DNA of 64,000 nt from Vitrella brassicaformis CCMP3155. Lineage: Eukaryota > Protista > Chromerida. The notes under the pieces were generated by a model. That model was not told the DNA's origin. It did no database searches and was given only the letters and a program-made list of their open reading frames with translations. This document shows, piece by piece, positions 36,500 through 48,279 of the stretch. How positions within the stretch are numbered: the first letter of the stretch is position 1; every line of letters starts with the position of its first letter. Position numbers and translations under genes: made by a program. Location of the stretch: NCBI GenBank assembly GCA_001179505.1, contig CDMY01000447.1:62001-126000 (forward strand), read 5' to 3'.

Positions 36500-38983
36500 T
36501 GCGGTGTGCACAGGTGTGGTGTGGTGTGGTGACTGACTATAGGGTTTGGCCTTTGGGTGCGCTGCTTTGGGCTGAGCATTTGCCGATGGATGGAGAACGG
36601 GCCGCAGGTCTGCCGGCCGATTCGCACCAACGCCAATCCCAACACCAACATTACCTCTACCCCCTGCACACACAAATCGATGGCAGGGAAGAAAGCGAAT
36701 GATTTCTTCTCTCTCTGTCTGTGGGTCGACTGACCTCGGTTCTGTCCGCCCCCCGCCCCACCCCGTCCAGCACCGCTCCCACCTGTTGCCATGACAGTAG
36801 ACAACACGCCTTATGTGTGCTGGGTGGGCGATGTGGATGGGGGGAGGGATGGGGAGAGGTCAAGGTAGCTTACCTGACGAGTGCAGGGCGTTTGCGCGCG
36901 GGTCTTTGTTTCGGTCAAGTGGCTTGAACTTCACGGGCCCCTGCTGCAGTCTGCCGATGCCGCCGATGCCGCCCATGGCGCCGCCCATGCCCAGCGGTGG
37001 CGGGCCAGGGTTGACGTCAGGCTGCCCGCGTGCAGGGGGGATGTAGCTACTGCTGTTGTAGTTGTAGTTGGCCTGGCCCATCATCTGGCTGCTGGACGAC
37101 GTGGGAAACCTGTGGGGGTTCGGCACGAATCCGTCGTCGTTGGGGTTCTCGCCACCTGACCGATGGATGGATGGATGGAATGGATGGACACACAGACACA
37201 CACAGAGAGAGGTGTGTGGTGGGGTGGTGAATGGTGTGGGGGGTATGGTGTGTTGGTGTGTTGGTAACCTCGTTTGCGTCTGGGCAGATCGCTGTCTTTG
37301 ACGCCGGGCGGCTTAAGCTGGGGGAACCTGGCGAAGAAGGCGCTGAGCTGGTTGTTGGTGCTGTTTTTGTTGTCTTACGACTTCTTCGTGTCCTTGCCGC
37401 CTTCCTGCTTGGCCTTGGCATTGCCCTGAGACACACACACACGCACACACACAGAGAGAGGAGAGGAGAGATTGCACAGCCAGAATGCGCTGCGTGTGTG
37501 TGTGTTTTCTCCGGAGATCTCCACCTACCCTGACCTGGATATTTTCTTGTCGAGTCCGAAGTGCCATGCGACGAAGAGGATGCAAAGGACGGCCAGGAAA
37601 GCGAGAAAAGCTGATACACAGACACACAGACACACAGACACAGACAGACAGACAGACAGATAGACAGACTTTGTGTGCGTGTGGGTGGGCAGCTGCATAC
37701 GGTGTGGCTGACCCTGACACACGAGGAACGGGATGTTGGGCGCCTCCACTATCATCGTCACGAACCCAAACAAACTGCACAACAGATACACAGAGAGAGA
37801 AGGTGACGACATGCCCATCCCCATGTAAGATGGGGCTGAGCTCGACTACTGTGGGTGGCGTGCGTGCGGACCGAACCCCTCGAACGTGTGCAGTGTGTGG
37901 TCGGCTTTGTTGAGTATGATGCCGATGGGGTTGATCATGACCATGCCCAGCAGCGACGTTATGAGCATCAGCAGACCGCCTGTGGGTGGCCACACACACA
38001 CGTACGTACGTACGTACGTACGTACGTGGGAAAGGCCATGGATGGATGGATGGATGGACTCCCTGCACTAGACCACTGACTGACCGACGAAGCAGAAGAT
38101 GCGCAGGGCACGCGGACCTGAATGAATGAATCACAGACACACACAGGGACACAACCACAATCAACCACCAACGACGAGTAGAGCGAGAGAAAGAACCCAC
38201 CCCAAACACACACACACACAACAACACACACCACGCGCTCCTTGCCGGGCCCGTGTCCGACTGACCTCGGTTCTGTCCGCCCCCCGCCCCACCCCATCCT
38301 TGCCCACTGCGATTCGGTGCCGCCCAGCGGGCGCTGTGCTCGCCACCTGACCGATGGATGGAGGGATGGAATGGATGGACACACACAGACACACACAGAG
38401 AGGAGAGGTGTGTGGTGGGGTGGGGTGCGGTGTGGGGGGTGTGGTGTGTTGGTGTGTTGGCAACCTCGTTCGAACAGAGCGCTGTCTTTGTCGTCGCACG
38501 GGATGAGCTGGGGGAACATGGCGAAGAAGGCCCTGAGCTGGTCTGGCCGGGGGTAGAAGTTGACCACGCCGTTGCTGCCAGTCTTGCCCTTATCTTGTTT
38601 GAAGGCAGGGGCGAACATTTGGATGCCCTCGACCTCCCCCTTGGTGTTCTCGATCGCCTTGGCAAATTCACTAATCTGACGCACAGATATCAGATATCAA
38701 AAACACCGCCTCACTTTTCGGTCACCGCCACACGACCCATCCGTTTGTCCACGTGTGTGCAGGTAATTCGTCGCTTACTCACCGTGAGCTCGAGACTCCC
38801 GAGTCCTAGCCCGAGTCCATAGGCAGGTGAGAGTTTGATGACGAAAAACCCGCCCTTGATGTCGACGAGTCTGATGTGGGCGTACTCACTGCACGCCCCG
38901 TAGATCCATGTGCAATATTGCCGCTTGATGCCATGAACCGTCACGCGGCAGTCCATCTCAGCCTCCTTTCGGCGCCCAGCCAT
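36500..38983 (-). CDS. Chimeric hypothetical gene with internal duplication and a COPI-associated-like TM segment
   Basis: Exon DQLRAFFAMFPQLIPCDDKDSALFERG, then GPRALRIFCFV|GGLLMLITSLLGMVMINPIGIILN, LFGFVTMIVEAPNIPFL and AFLAFLAVLCILFVAWHFG. A second copy NQLSAFFARFPQLKPPGVKDSD follows. Gene ends are uncertain. Confidence 0.5.
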
Positions 38984-39018
38984 CAGCTCCGATCAAATTT
39001 GATCTGCACGCCATACAC

Positions 39019-39077
39019 AGCACACAGCACACAGCACACAGCACACGGCACACGGCACACGGCACACGGCACACGGC
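39019..39077. repeat. Heptamer tandem repeat (GCACACA/GCACACG)n
   Basis: About 8 units, switching from GCACACA to GCACACG midway. Confidence 0.85.
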
Positions 39078-39965
39078 GACGGTGGTGCGGCCGCATTCAA
39101 CACCCTTCCTTGCGCCCTCCCAGCTGACCAATTGCAGCTGACCTTATGGGCTATCACCAGACGACGTCAGCAGGGTCATCGGCACGCGCCCCTTTAAGAT
39201 GAGAAGTGCCCGCCATGTTCGATAATGGCGGCTATCCATACACGTGTGCAATGTGATGATTTCCTTCGTGGCGCGCTCAGATGCCCTCAAAACCGAACGC
39301 TTCCGGCCAGGAAACCAACAGGACACAGGCGCTTCTTTTGTCGTTTTTCGTGTTCTGTCGTGCCGCCGGCATACATCTATCGTTCCATACGCCGACCCCT
39401 TTGCTGCCGTACCGTACCCCACCCATCATGGATAAGAAGGTGCGCGTGACGGCCAACGCCAAGCGGCACGGCATCGACACATACGTACGCAGGCTGTGTG
39501 CAGCATCGCTGATGGTGGTTTGGGTGTGATGTGTTTTGTGTGCAAACAGGTGCGGAGGAGGCGATGGCCTGTTGAACGCGAAGAAGCCCCAGCGGTAGCC
39601 TGATGACCAGCGGCCCCCATGGGGCGGGCTAGGGGGAGGGGCGGCCGCCGCTGCCGCCGCTGCCGCCGCGGCTGCTGCAGCAGGAGCTGGTGAGTCGTCG
39701 TGAATGTCATGCATGTCATGGTCGTCCTGCAGGCCGTTGTCGAATGGGAGGGGCGGGGGTAGGCGGGGGCGGGGGGAAGGGGAAGGCCCCCTGCTGCTGC
39801 TGCTGCTGCTGTGCCTGGGCATCGAGAGCCGCCTGTTTGTGTGAAGGAGCAAGACACAGCTGGACGCCATCCAGCATGGAACGTGGTAACCATCCACGAT
39901 GGAACAATCGAAATTTGCAACGACGTGCACAGACAATGGTCAGTCACAGCAATGCACAGTTATTT

Positions 39966-40625
39966 TCACTGCCCGATGTCTTCCTCAATGCCCTGGAGGC
40001 GTCTCTGCAGTGCCAGTATCGACTGCTGTAGGGTGGCCTGCAAGACAAAAAGAGAGAACTCCCATCCGCCAACCATGCCCTCCCTCCCATTCCGATCATC
40101 CTCAGGATACTTACGTTCTCATTTCTGAGTGTCTTGAGCTGCTCATGGAGCTTCAGATTCTCCTGTCATTGGTCCCCAGACACACCACAGCAGTGGATAG
40201 ATGACAGACAGCAGCAGTCGATGAATGAATCCCCCAGCCCCTTCGACTCGTTGACTGACATACTTACGTTTCTCTGTGCGACGAAGAACTTCTTGAGTTC
40301 GCCCTTGCTGTTGTCGAAGTGCTCCAATACCTGCACACAGATGCATCCGCAGCGAAAATGGATGGACACGAAGAAGGCCAGCTCATGACAGGGCTTCTCT
40401 GACCTCTTCTTTCAGCTTCTCGAGCATCTCTGCCACGTTGGTATCGCCATGCATGCCCTTGACCATGCGCAGCCCCTCGAGCTCCCGCTGGGCTTTCCTC
40501 AGGTCGTTTTCGATGAGGGCCTCCAGCTCACGAATCCGCTGCTTCAAGCCGCTGCCTGTCGTAGGGGTCATCAGGGTCTGACGCTCACGAGTAGCGGTGT
40601 CCATCGGGGCGGCCTCGGAAGCCAT
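39966..40625 (-). CDS. Small coiled-coil protein
   Basis: MASEAAP...LEKLKEE|VLEHFDNSKGELKKFFVAQRN|ENLKLHEQLKTLRNEN|ATLQQSILALQRRLQGIEEDIGQ*. Phase-0 GT-AG introns and a heptad pattern. Confidence 0.75.
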
Positions 40626-40875
40626 CCTGCAACGAACAAACAGTGGATCGAGAGTGGGGGAGGGTAAACGGTTGCTGCCTTACCTTGGGGGAGAGCAATC
40701 ACTAGCAGGAAGCAGAAATGTGCAAGCTTGTGGGGGCAGAGTTGGGGCGATGTTGCGCGCTCAAAAGATGGTGCATGTGATTTTTGAGCGGCGCACGTAA
40801 TCGACAGAACCCAACAGGAGGATTCTATCATTGCAGAAAGAGGTGTGGGACGGCGAGCCCCAGTGCAGTTGTTCG

Positions 40876-42068
40876 ATGCTTTCCGGCGACGAAGCCAGCA
40901 TCATGGCCAGCACCTTCCTCAACAAAACAATGGAGAAGGTCAGCAGTGAGTGATACGTGAGAAGGGATGCCGTGACTGCTCGCAGAAGCAGTGCAGCTCG
41001 GTGATCTACACTTCCGTCTCCCTTCCGTGTGTGTGGTGTATGTTGCAGCCAGCGCTGAATCAGTACTGGTTCAGTGAGGAGACCATCAAGGCCATCGTGG
41101 ATGAGGTGGAGACGGAGGGCAACCGAGTCGCCTTTCTCTCGACGCCCAGTGTCTTCTTCTCCATGGTCGATGCCGACCCCACCGTGGTGCAGTGCAGCAG
41201 GCTCTTCGACGTAATGGCACTCAGAATATATCATCAGACAGGGACAGATGGGGTGTGGAAGGTCCACCTGCAAAAATGCAATGCATCTGTGCGGGCGGTC
41301 ATCCCATGGATACATGGTCTTGCGGGATGTGCGTGTGTGTGTCTGCCCTTGTGTTTGTATGTCTGTCTGTCTGCGCATGACATGCATGCAGTACGATGTG
41401 TCTTTCGCAAGCCATCCGTCGTTCGTGTTTTATGACTTCAACAATCCCGAAGAGCTGCCGGACCACCTGCTGCACTCGTTCGACTATGTCATCATTGACC
41501 CGGTAATGCATATCATCCAGAGAGAGGAACGTGTATCATGTCTCAATCGGACTTTGCATCATGTCTCTGTGTCTCCTGGCGGCTGCAGCCTTTCATCACG
41601 GAAACTGTGTGGCGCAACGTGAGGCAACGAAGAGAAACGGCCATGCACACCAAGCGCCGCATGTCTGTCCTCTTTCGTCTCATCAGTATGCCCGGACGAC
41701 TGAGCTCTTGTGGCCGCCTGGGGGCGGCAAAGTCCTCGCGTCGACGGTCATTGAGAACGCCCCTCTGCTGCGCGAGTTGTTTGGCGCCAAGCCGGTCAAC
41801 TTTCGACCAAGCGTACCCAATCTGGTCTACCAATACTCGGTAAGCTGCTGCTGGTGAGCATATATGTGTGTTGCTTTGGTGGCTATCTCCGTCTGTCCAT
41901 GTCTCTGTGTGTGTGTGTGTGTGAGTACAGTTCTTCACCAACTACAGCAGCAGCGGCGGTCCTCTGAATACACTCAACAGTGAGGTCGATTCCGACGACT
42001 GGCAGGGGTCCGAGGACTATCGGAGCAGAGCTACGGGAAGCTCGGCGAGTTTGCCGCTGACGCAGTAG
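40876..42068 (+). CDS. EEF1AKMT1: EEF1A lysine methyltransferase 1 (N6AMT2/Efm5 family)
   Basis: LNQYWFSEETI, VAFLSTPSVF, FVFYDFNNPEELP...FDYVIIDP|PFIT and FRPSVPNLVYQYS|FFTNY. TAG at 42066-42068. Confidence 0.88.
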
Positions 42069-42366
42069 GCCAGTGCGGTGTGTGGCCGTCCATGCATGTG
42101 CGCTGCCTGCGTCTGAGGTGGTGAGCATATTCGGATCGCAATCGCATCGCATCGCAATTCATGCGACACGTGATGAACAGTTGAGTGAAGGAGAATGCAA
42201 CCCGTCAGTCGTCAGTCAGGTCATGAGTTCCGTCCGTCCGCACGCACAGAGAGACAGAGGAAGGGAAGGCAGCAAGATATCGACACAGTGTGATCTCATC
42301 ACGGGAGCTCTACACACGAAACACTAGGAAGGCATCGAGCCGACGCAGCACTGGGTAGCTCAGCGC

Positions 42367-43516
42367 TCACAGGATGTCCCCCTCACTCCTCAGATACTCA
42401 CCCACATCCGCCTGCACACACGAGGCCAACATAAACGAACAACACGGAAGACCGACGGACAGATGCCTCTTCTCTGCTGCCCCTGTCCCTCACCTGATGG
42501 AAGACGATGATAGCTTCTGGGTCCGCCGATCTCATCTCGGCAACCGACCGTGCCGTCACCCCAAACCCTGACGAAACGACACCAGCAGCCCACACACTCG
42601 TACACGTACGTGTATGTGTGTCCATCCATCCCTCCGTGCACATCCGTCTGGTCACCTAGAGGGATATCATTCTGCGAGAGGAGCACCACGCCGGTGTTCT
42701 TTGGGCAGTTCTCCGTGATGCGGGCAAGATGACGCTGACACCAGAGAGGCCAGTTTAGTTTGTGTTGTGGGTCTGTCTGTCTGTCTTCCCTCAATCGCTC
42801 ACCTTGACAATGTGGTTGCCGTAGACGAACGTCTGCTCCCCGCCCTGCTTCACCCACACCTTGTACTGAATGAAGACGAAATCGGAGGCGTATGAGATAT
42901 ACATTCGGCTAGCCACTAATGAGTGCCTGCCTGGTCCTGACCTTGGCGTATCTGGCGAGGTACTCGAGAGCCGTGATGGTGATGCGGAACTTGTGCGTCT
43001 TCGTGAACTTGCCGATGCACGTACCGCACGACAACTGCACTCACACACACAGACACACACACACACAGATCAACACACATAAGCCAACCACCGTGTTGTG
43101 TTGATTTCTTCCCTCCCCCTTCGCTCACGAGCTCCTTCCTCGGTACGCATGCCGCCATCTTCAACAACGACTCACTGATTGACAGCAGGACAGACACACA
43201 CACCGAGAAGAGGACCAGATGAGAGAATTCATGTGACTGACCAGGCCAGCCAGACACCGCCCTCCCCTCGTCCCCCTTTCTTCTCACCTGCAGTAGTAGA
43301 CTCTGTCTTTGTGTAGCCGGAACACATAGGTCTCGTCAGGCCGCTCCACCAGCTGCATCACGTTCTCACCGATGCTGCATCATCCACACACACACAGACA
43401 GAAACCAGCCAAAACCGATGAGTCATTGTGGTGCCAGTGCATCCGTCGCTTCGTCCTCACTATTTGGCAAGCTTCTCGAAGACGGCAGTGGTCTCTTCTT
43501 GCGTCAGAGGCCGCAT
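42367..43516 (-). CDS. NIP7: 60S ribosome biogenesis protein NIP7
   Basis: [78 protein letters not shown] and IIVFHQ|[10 protein letters not shown]. Confidence 0.97.
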
Positions 43517-43639
43517 CTCCGCTGATGTCGAGATGGTTGAATGGAATCGATGAAATCACGCAGATCTTGGAGAAGCCTTGAACTGTGTCGTGAATGCTGT
43601 CGTTCACAGGGTGTTGAATGAGGATTCAGACTCTGAAGC

Positions 43640-46600
43640 TCGTGCTCTGTTTCACGCAGACACTAAACGAAAAAGGCGAGGCGAGGCAAGTAAAAAAGCG
43701 GAAGGATGACTCGTTTCGACACTCACAGTCCCGTACGGAGGAAAGCCGACACGTCGGCCTCGGTAAGTGCACTGATGGATGGCGTCACGCAACAGTCGGG
43801 GCGCACAGAGCCTCGTGGGATGGCAATGTGCCGGCATGCATGGAGAAATGAACGAATACGCCTTTCTGCATCGTTGTCCGTGGTTGTATGTTCTCAGGCA
43901 ACGATTGCGGCACCGCCCAAAGAGGAGGACGGTTGTTCTCTGCGGGCGACGCGTCGCATCACCGCGAGCACCACAGACGAGGACCCGTCGCCCTGTGCCC
44001 AGTCGCCGTTTCGGCTAAGCCCCCGGCAGTCGTTCGACATTGCCACTGGAGCCACCTCGCGTGCAGACGGCGTCGGCTTGGCCGGTCGCATCGCCACGCC
44101 CCCCACAGACGCCCACACGGACGTCACGGCACACGCCAGGAAGCAGCGGGCGGCCGACACGACTGACGACAGCAATGCGGCCGCCAGGAAGCAGCGATCG
44201 GTCACAGGTAGTGCAGCTGGTCGGAGAAAGCGGCCCTCGCCGCCACAGACGGCCGATGGTGCTGCTGGTGCTGTTGGTGTTGAGAGGGGTCATGGCGGTG
44301 AGAATGCCGCGATGATCGGCCCAGGTGTCGGCATCCGCACAGGAGGTGAGAGGGAGAGAGAGGGAGGGAGGGAGGGAGGGAGGGAGGGAGGAGGACCAAC
44401 ACGCGGACACGTATGTTGTGTGTTTGTCACTCGTTGATGTGTGCAGGTGGCCGAGGTGACCCTTTTGCTGCCTTGGCCGATGTGACGAGGACATCCGGCG
44501 GCACTAACGCCCCCCGCCCCCTTTGCTCACCCGCACCACAGGACGGCCCCAAGACACTCACACTCACCACAAACCACTCTGGCTACATGAATGAGGAGAT
44601 GGAGCTTGTGGATGCGGTGGAACGTGTCGTATATCGCTACGCACTGGTTGCCATACAGTTCCTTGACAGGTGTGCACGCGCGTCATAACGCGCATAGCAC
44701 CTGACAACACGACACTCTCATTCACGCGCTCTTTGTCCGATGTGGTGTGTCGGTGTGCAGCAGCGAGGCCATGGAGGCGGCCCTTCGCCGCAGCCGGCAT
44801 GTGTCGTTCCATCAGTCACCGTCATCGCCCCCTCTTGATGCGAATGGTGCATCATCGGCCACCATGCCGCGACGCGTTCCCGACCTGCTCCTCCCAGCCA
44901 CACTCCCAGCTCAGTCACGACACCATCACCACCGTCAGCAGCAGCGAATCCCTCCTACAGCCGCCCCGCAGCCGCCCCATGCCATGGCCTTCGCCAAGAC
45001 GCCTTTATTGCCGCTGAAGGCCAGTGGCGCCGAAGCTGCTATTGGTGTTGACAAGGGGGGCATCCGCAGAGGAGGTAAGTCGGGATGGAAGCCAGAGGGG
45101 ATGTTTCATCTTCAGACACACACATCGATGGATTGATATGTTCTTTCTCTTCTTGTTCCTTTCTTCCAGGGCTGCCATGCCGTCGTACCCGCCAGTGATG
45201 AGCAATTGTGCATAGTGATGTGTTGATTGCTTGAATGGTCGGTGTGATTTTTGGAGGGAATGATGCGTATAGGAAGCATTCATTGCATTCATTGCATGAA
45301 CGATGCTGTCCATGACCGATACCACTTGTACGTACGACAGGTGCATTGCAATGCATTGACAAGAGCCTTTTGCTTTTCCCTATGATGGCGGTGTTGCCTC
45401 GCGAGGCTTCTCTCGTCGCCCAGATCAGAATTCGCCTCTTCACGTGCGTGCACGGTTTTCCACGTGCACGGTTTTGTAGACAAGGGCCGCATCAGGAGGC
45501 ACCATCACTTTCCACCGTGCCGGTCTTCTCTTGATGGCCTTCGCCTTTCCGTGCGCCTCAGATTTGGCGAGACTGCGAGACGGACCTCCCACAAACCCTT
45601 ATTTATTATTGCGTAATTCAGCACTGACCCGCCTCGGGCTGCCTCTGTACCACTATCCCATGACGTCGATACCACTGGTTGCAGCACGATGAGGACGGTG
45701 CTGTTGCCATTTTCCTGCAGTCCGCGCCACGGCGGCACGGCCGAGCCAGACCTGATGCGGCAGGCCATGTGCTCCAAACCGGCGCCGCCCGAAGAGCAGG
45801 CGTCGCATAACCACCAGCACCACAGACGGGGACCCCTCGCCGTACGCCCACTCGCCGTACGTCCAGTCGCCGTTTGGCACCAATGCCCTCGACCCCATAC
45901 GCGACGCGTTGGCGTTGGACCTCAAGGCTGAGCTGGAGGTGGTGCATGCCGAAGAATGCGTGAGGTATCGGTATGCTCTGGTCGCGATAGAATTCATCGA
46001 CAGGTATTATAGGGCCTGACATACCACGACATGCCACGCCTCACATGCTCTTGTATCGTGCTGCGTGTCGGTGTGCAGCAGCGAGGCCATGCAGGAGGCC
46101 GCTCGCCGCAGCCAGGACGACAAACCAAACAGATGGCTGCAGCAGGTGAGTCCGTCATGAGCCGAGAAGATCCTTTTCGTCACTTTCACTCTCCCCCTCC
46201 CTTCCCTCCCCTCTCCTATGTGTGTGCAGATGGCAGAGCTGCAGAGTGAGAGGGACAGACTACAGCGGGAAAACGAAGGGCTACAACGTACGGAAGTGTG
46301 CACAATGGACAATCGATGGATGGCATTCTGCCCCCACCACATGTGTATATCTGATGCGGGCGGGGATGGGGGGATGCAGATGACAGGGCGGAGTTGCTGA
46401 GTGTGATTCGGGCATACGATAAGCACCTAAGGGCTGCCGCATACCTCTCGCACGATCACGAAGGCTTCAGACTCCCCACACGACCTGTAAGCCGATAAGT
46501 GACCCACACAAGAAGACACAGACATGCATCTGTGGGCATGCAATTTCTACAGGTCAAGGCTTCGCCACCGCCCCCCACCATCGCTCCTGACGGCGCCCCG

Positions 46601-48110
46601 GCAGCCGAGCCGGCTCGACCGGCCAGTCCGGCTGGTGGCAGTGTGACTCTCCGACAAACGGCACACGCAGGCAAACAAAGAGGTGCGACTGCAGACAGGG
46701 ACAGCAAATGGAGGCACTCATTGATGTGTGTATGGATGTGTCCCGTCCGTGTTTGCGCGTACGGAAGGCCGAAGCGGGAAAAGGCGAAAGCGCCGTAGAA
46801 GGTCAGAACGATGACCCAAGCTGTTTTCGACACTCACAATCCCGCACGAATGAAAGCCAACACGTCCTCCTCGGTAAGTGGTGCACTGATGGATCACGTG
46901 ACGCCGCAGTCGGGGCGGACAGGGCCTCATGGGATGGCCATGCGACATGCATGGAGAAACGAACGAATAGGCCTTTCTGCATCGTTGCTTGTGGTTGTAT
47001 GGTTTCACAGCAGGCCTCTCTGCGGGTGACGAGTCATCACCGCGAGCACCACAGACGAGGACCCTTCCCCTTTTCCCATGTCGCCATTCCGTCTAAGCTC
47101 CCGGCAGTCGTCTGCCGTAGCCACTGGCGCGAGCGTGGCCTTACGTGCCATAGACGCCCACACGGACGTCACATCTCACCCCAGGAAGCAGCGTGAAGCC
47201 GACATGACCGCCAACAGGGACACGGCAGCCATCAGAGTGCCCGAGAAGGCCTCTGATGGGAACGTGACGGCCAGTGCAGCTGGTCGCAGGAAGGGACCTT
47301 CACCACCAGAGACGGCCAATGGTGCTGCCGGTGCTGGTGGTGTTGGTGTGGGGAGAGGCCCTGGTGGTGAGTACGACGATACCGCGATGATGATCGGACC
47401 AGGCGTCGGCATCCGCACAGGAGGTGAGAGAGAGAGAGACAGGGAGAGGGAGAGGGAGAGGGAGAGGGAGGAGGACCAACACACACGCGGACACGTATGT
47501 TGTGTGTTTGTCACTCGTTGATGTGTGCAGGTGGCCGAGGTGACCCTTTGCTGCCTTGGCCGATGTGACGAGGACATCCGGCAGCACAGACGCCCCCCGC
47601 CCCCTCCACTCACCCGCACCACAGGACGGCCCCAAGACACTCACACTCACCACAAACCACTCTGGCTACATGAATGAGGAGATGGAGCTTGTGGATGCGG
47701 TGGAACGTGTCGTATATCGCTACGCACTGGTTGCCATACAGTTCCTTGACAGGTGTGCACGCGCGTCATAACGCGCATAGCACCTGACAACACGACACTC
47801 TCATTCACGCGTTCTTTGTCCGGTGTGGTGTGTCGGTGTGCAGCAGCGAGGCCATGGAGGCGGCCCTTCGCCGCAGCCGGCATGTGTCGTTCCACCAGTC
47901 ACCGTCATCGCCCCCTCTTGATGCGAATGGTGCATCATCGGCCACCATGCATTCCATGCTGTTGTGTGGGTCACTCAATCGTTGATGTGTGCAGGGGGTC
48001 GTGATCCGTTTACTGGCCTGGGCCAAGGGATGAGGGCATCCGGGACAGAAGGCCCCCGCCCTCTCACCGCTTCCACAACACACCACGCCCCCACGACACT
48101 CACACCCATC
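43640..48110 (+). CDS. Hypothetical repeat-module gene(s) built from a ~1.2-kb duplicated unit
   Basis: Spliceable low-complexity exons containing the module EMELVDAVERVVYRYALVAIQFLDR|SSEAMEAALRRSR. The number of genes is unclear. Confidence 0.45.
43705..44866 (+). repeat. Local duplication, unit 1
   Basis: Aligns by eye with 46820-47950 across exons and introns. The 3' part (44440-44866 vs 47525-47950) is near-identical. Confidence 0.92.
46820..47950 (+). repeat. Local duplication, unit 2
   Basis: Direct-repeat partner of 43705-44866, offset about 3.1 kb. Confidence 0.92.
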
Positions 48111-48279
48111 AGGCCCCCATTAACAATAACAATACCACCGTTGTTGTGGTAGTACAAAGACAAAAGAAAGCATTCATTTGTTTTGTCTGTTGCCTTGCGT
48201 CTCAGATCATCGCTGCCTGCATTTTATATTCGATGGACCTTCAAGAAGCCTCCCGTCGAGTCCTCCGGCCCGCAGCCAC

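Noticed and set aside
37313-38671. 452-aa ORF, the longest in the track region
   Set aside because: It reads through several microsatellite introns (VCLSVCLSV, THHTPH), so it is a chance composite and not a single exon.
39400-39900. GC-rich poly-Ala/poly-Gln segment that could be a small gene
   Set aside because: Plausible splice sites and short ORFs exist on both strands; the strand and frame could not be decided.
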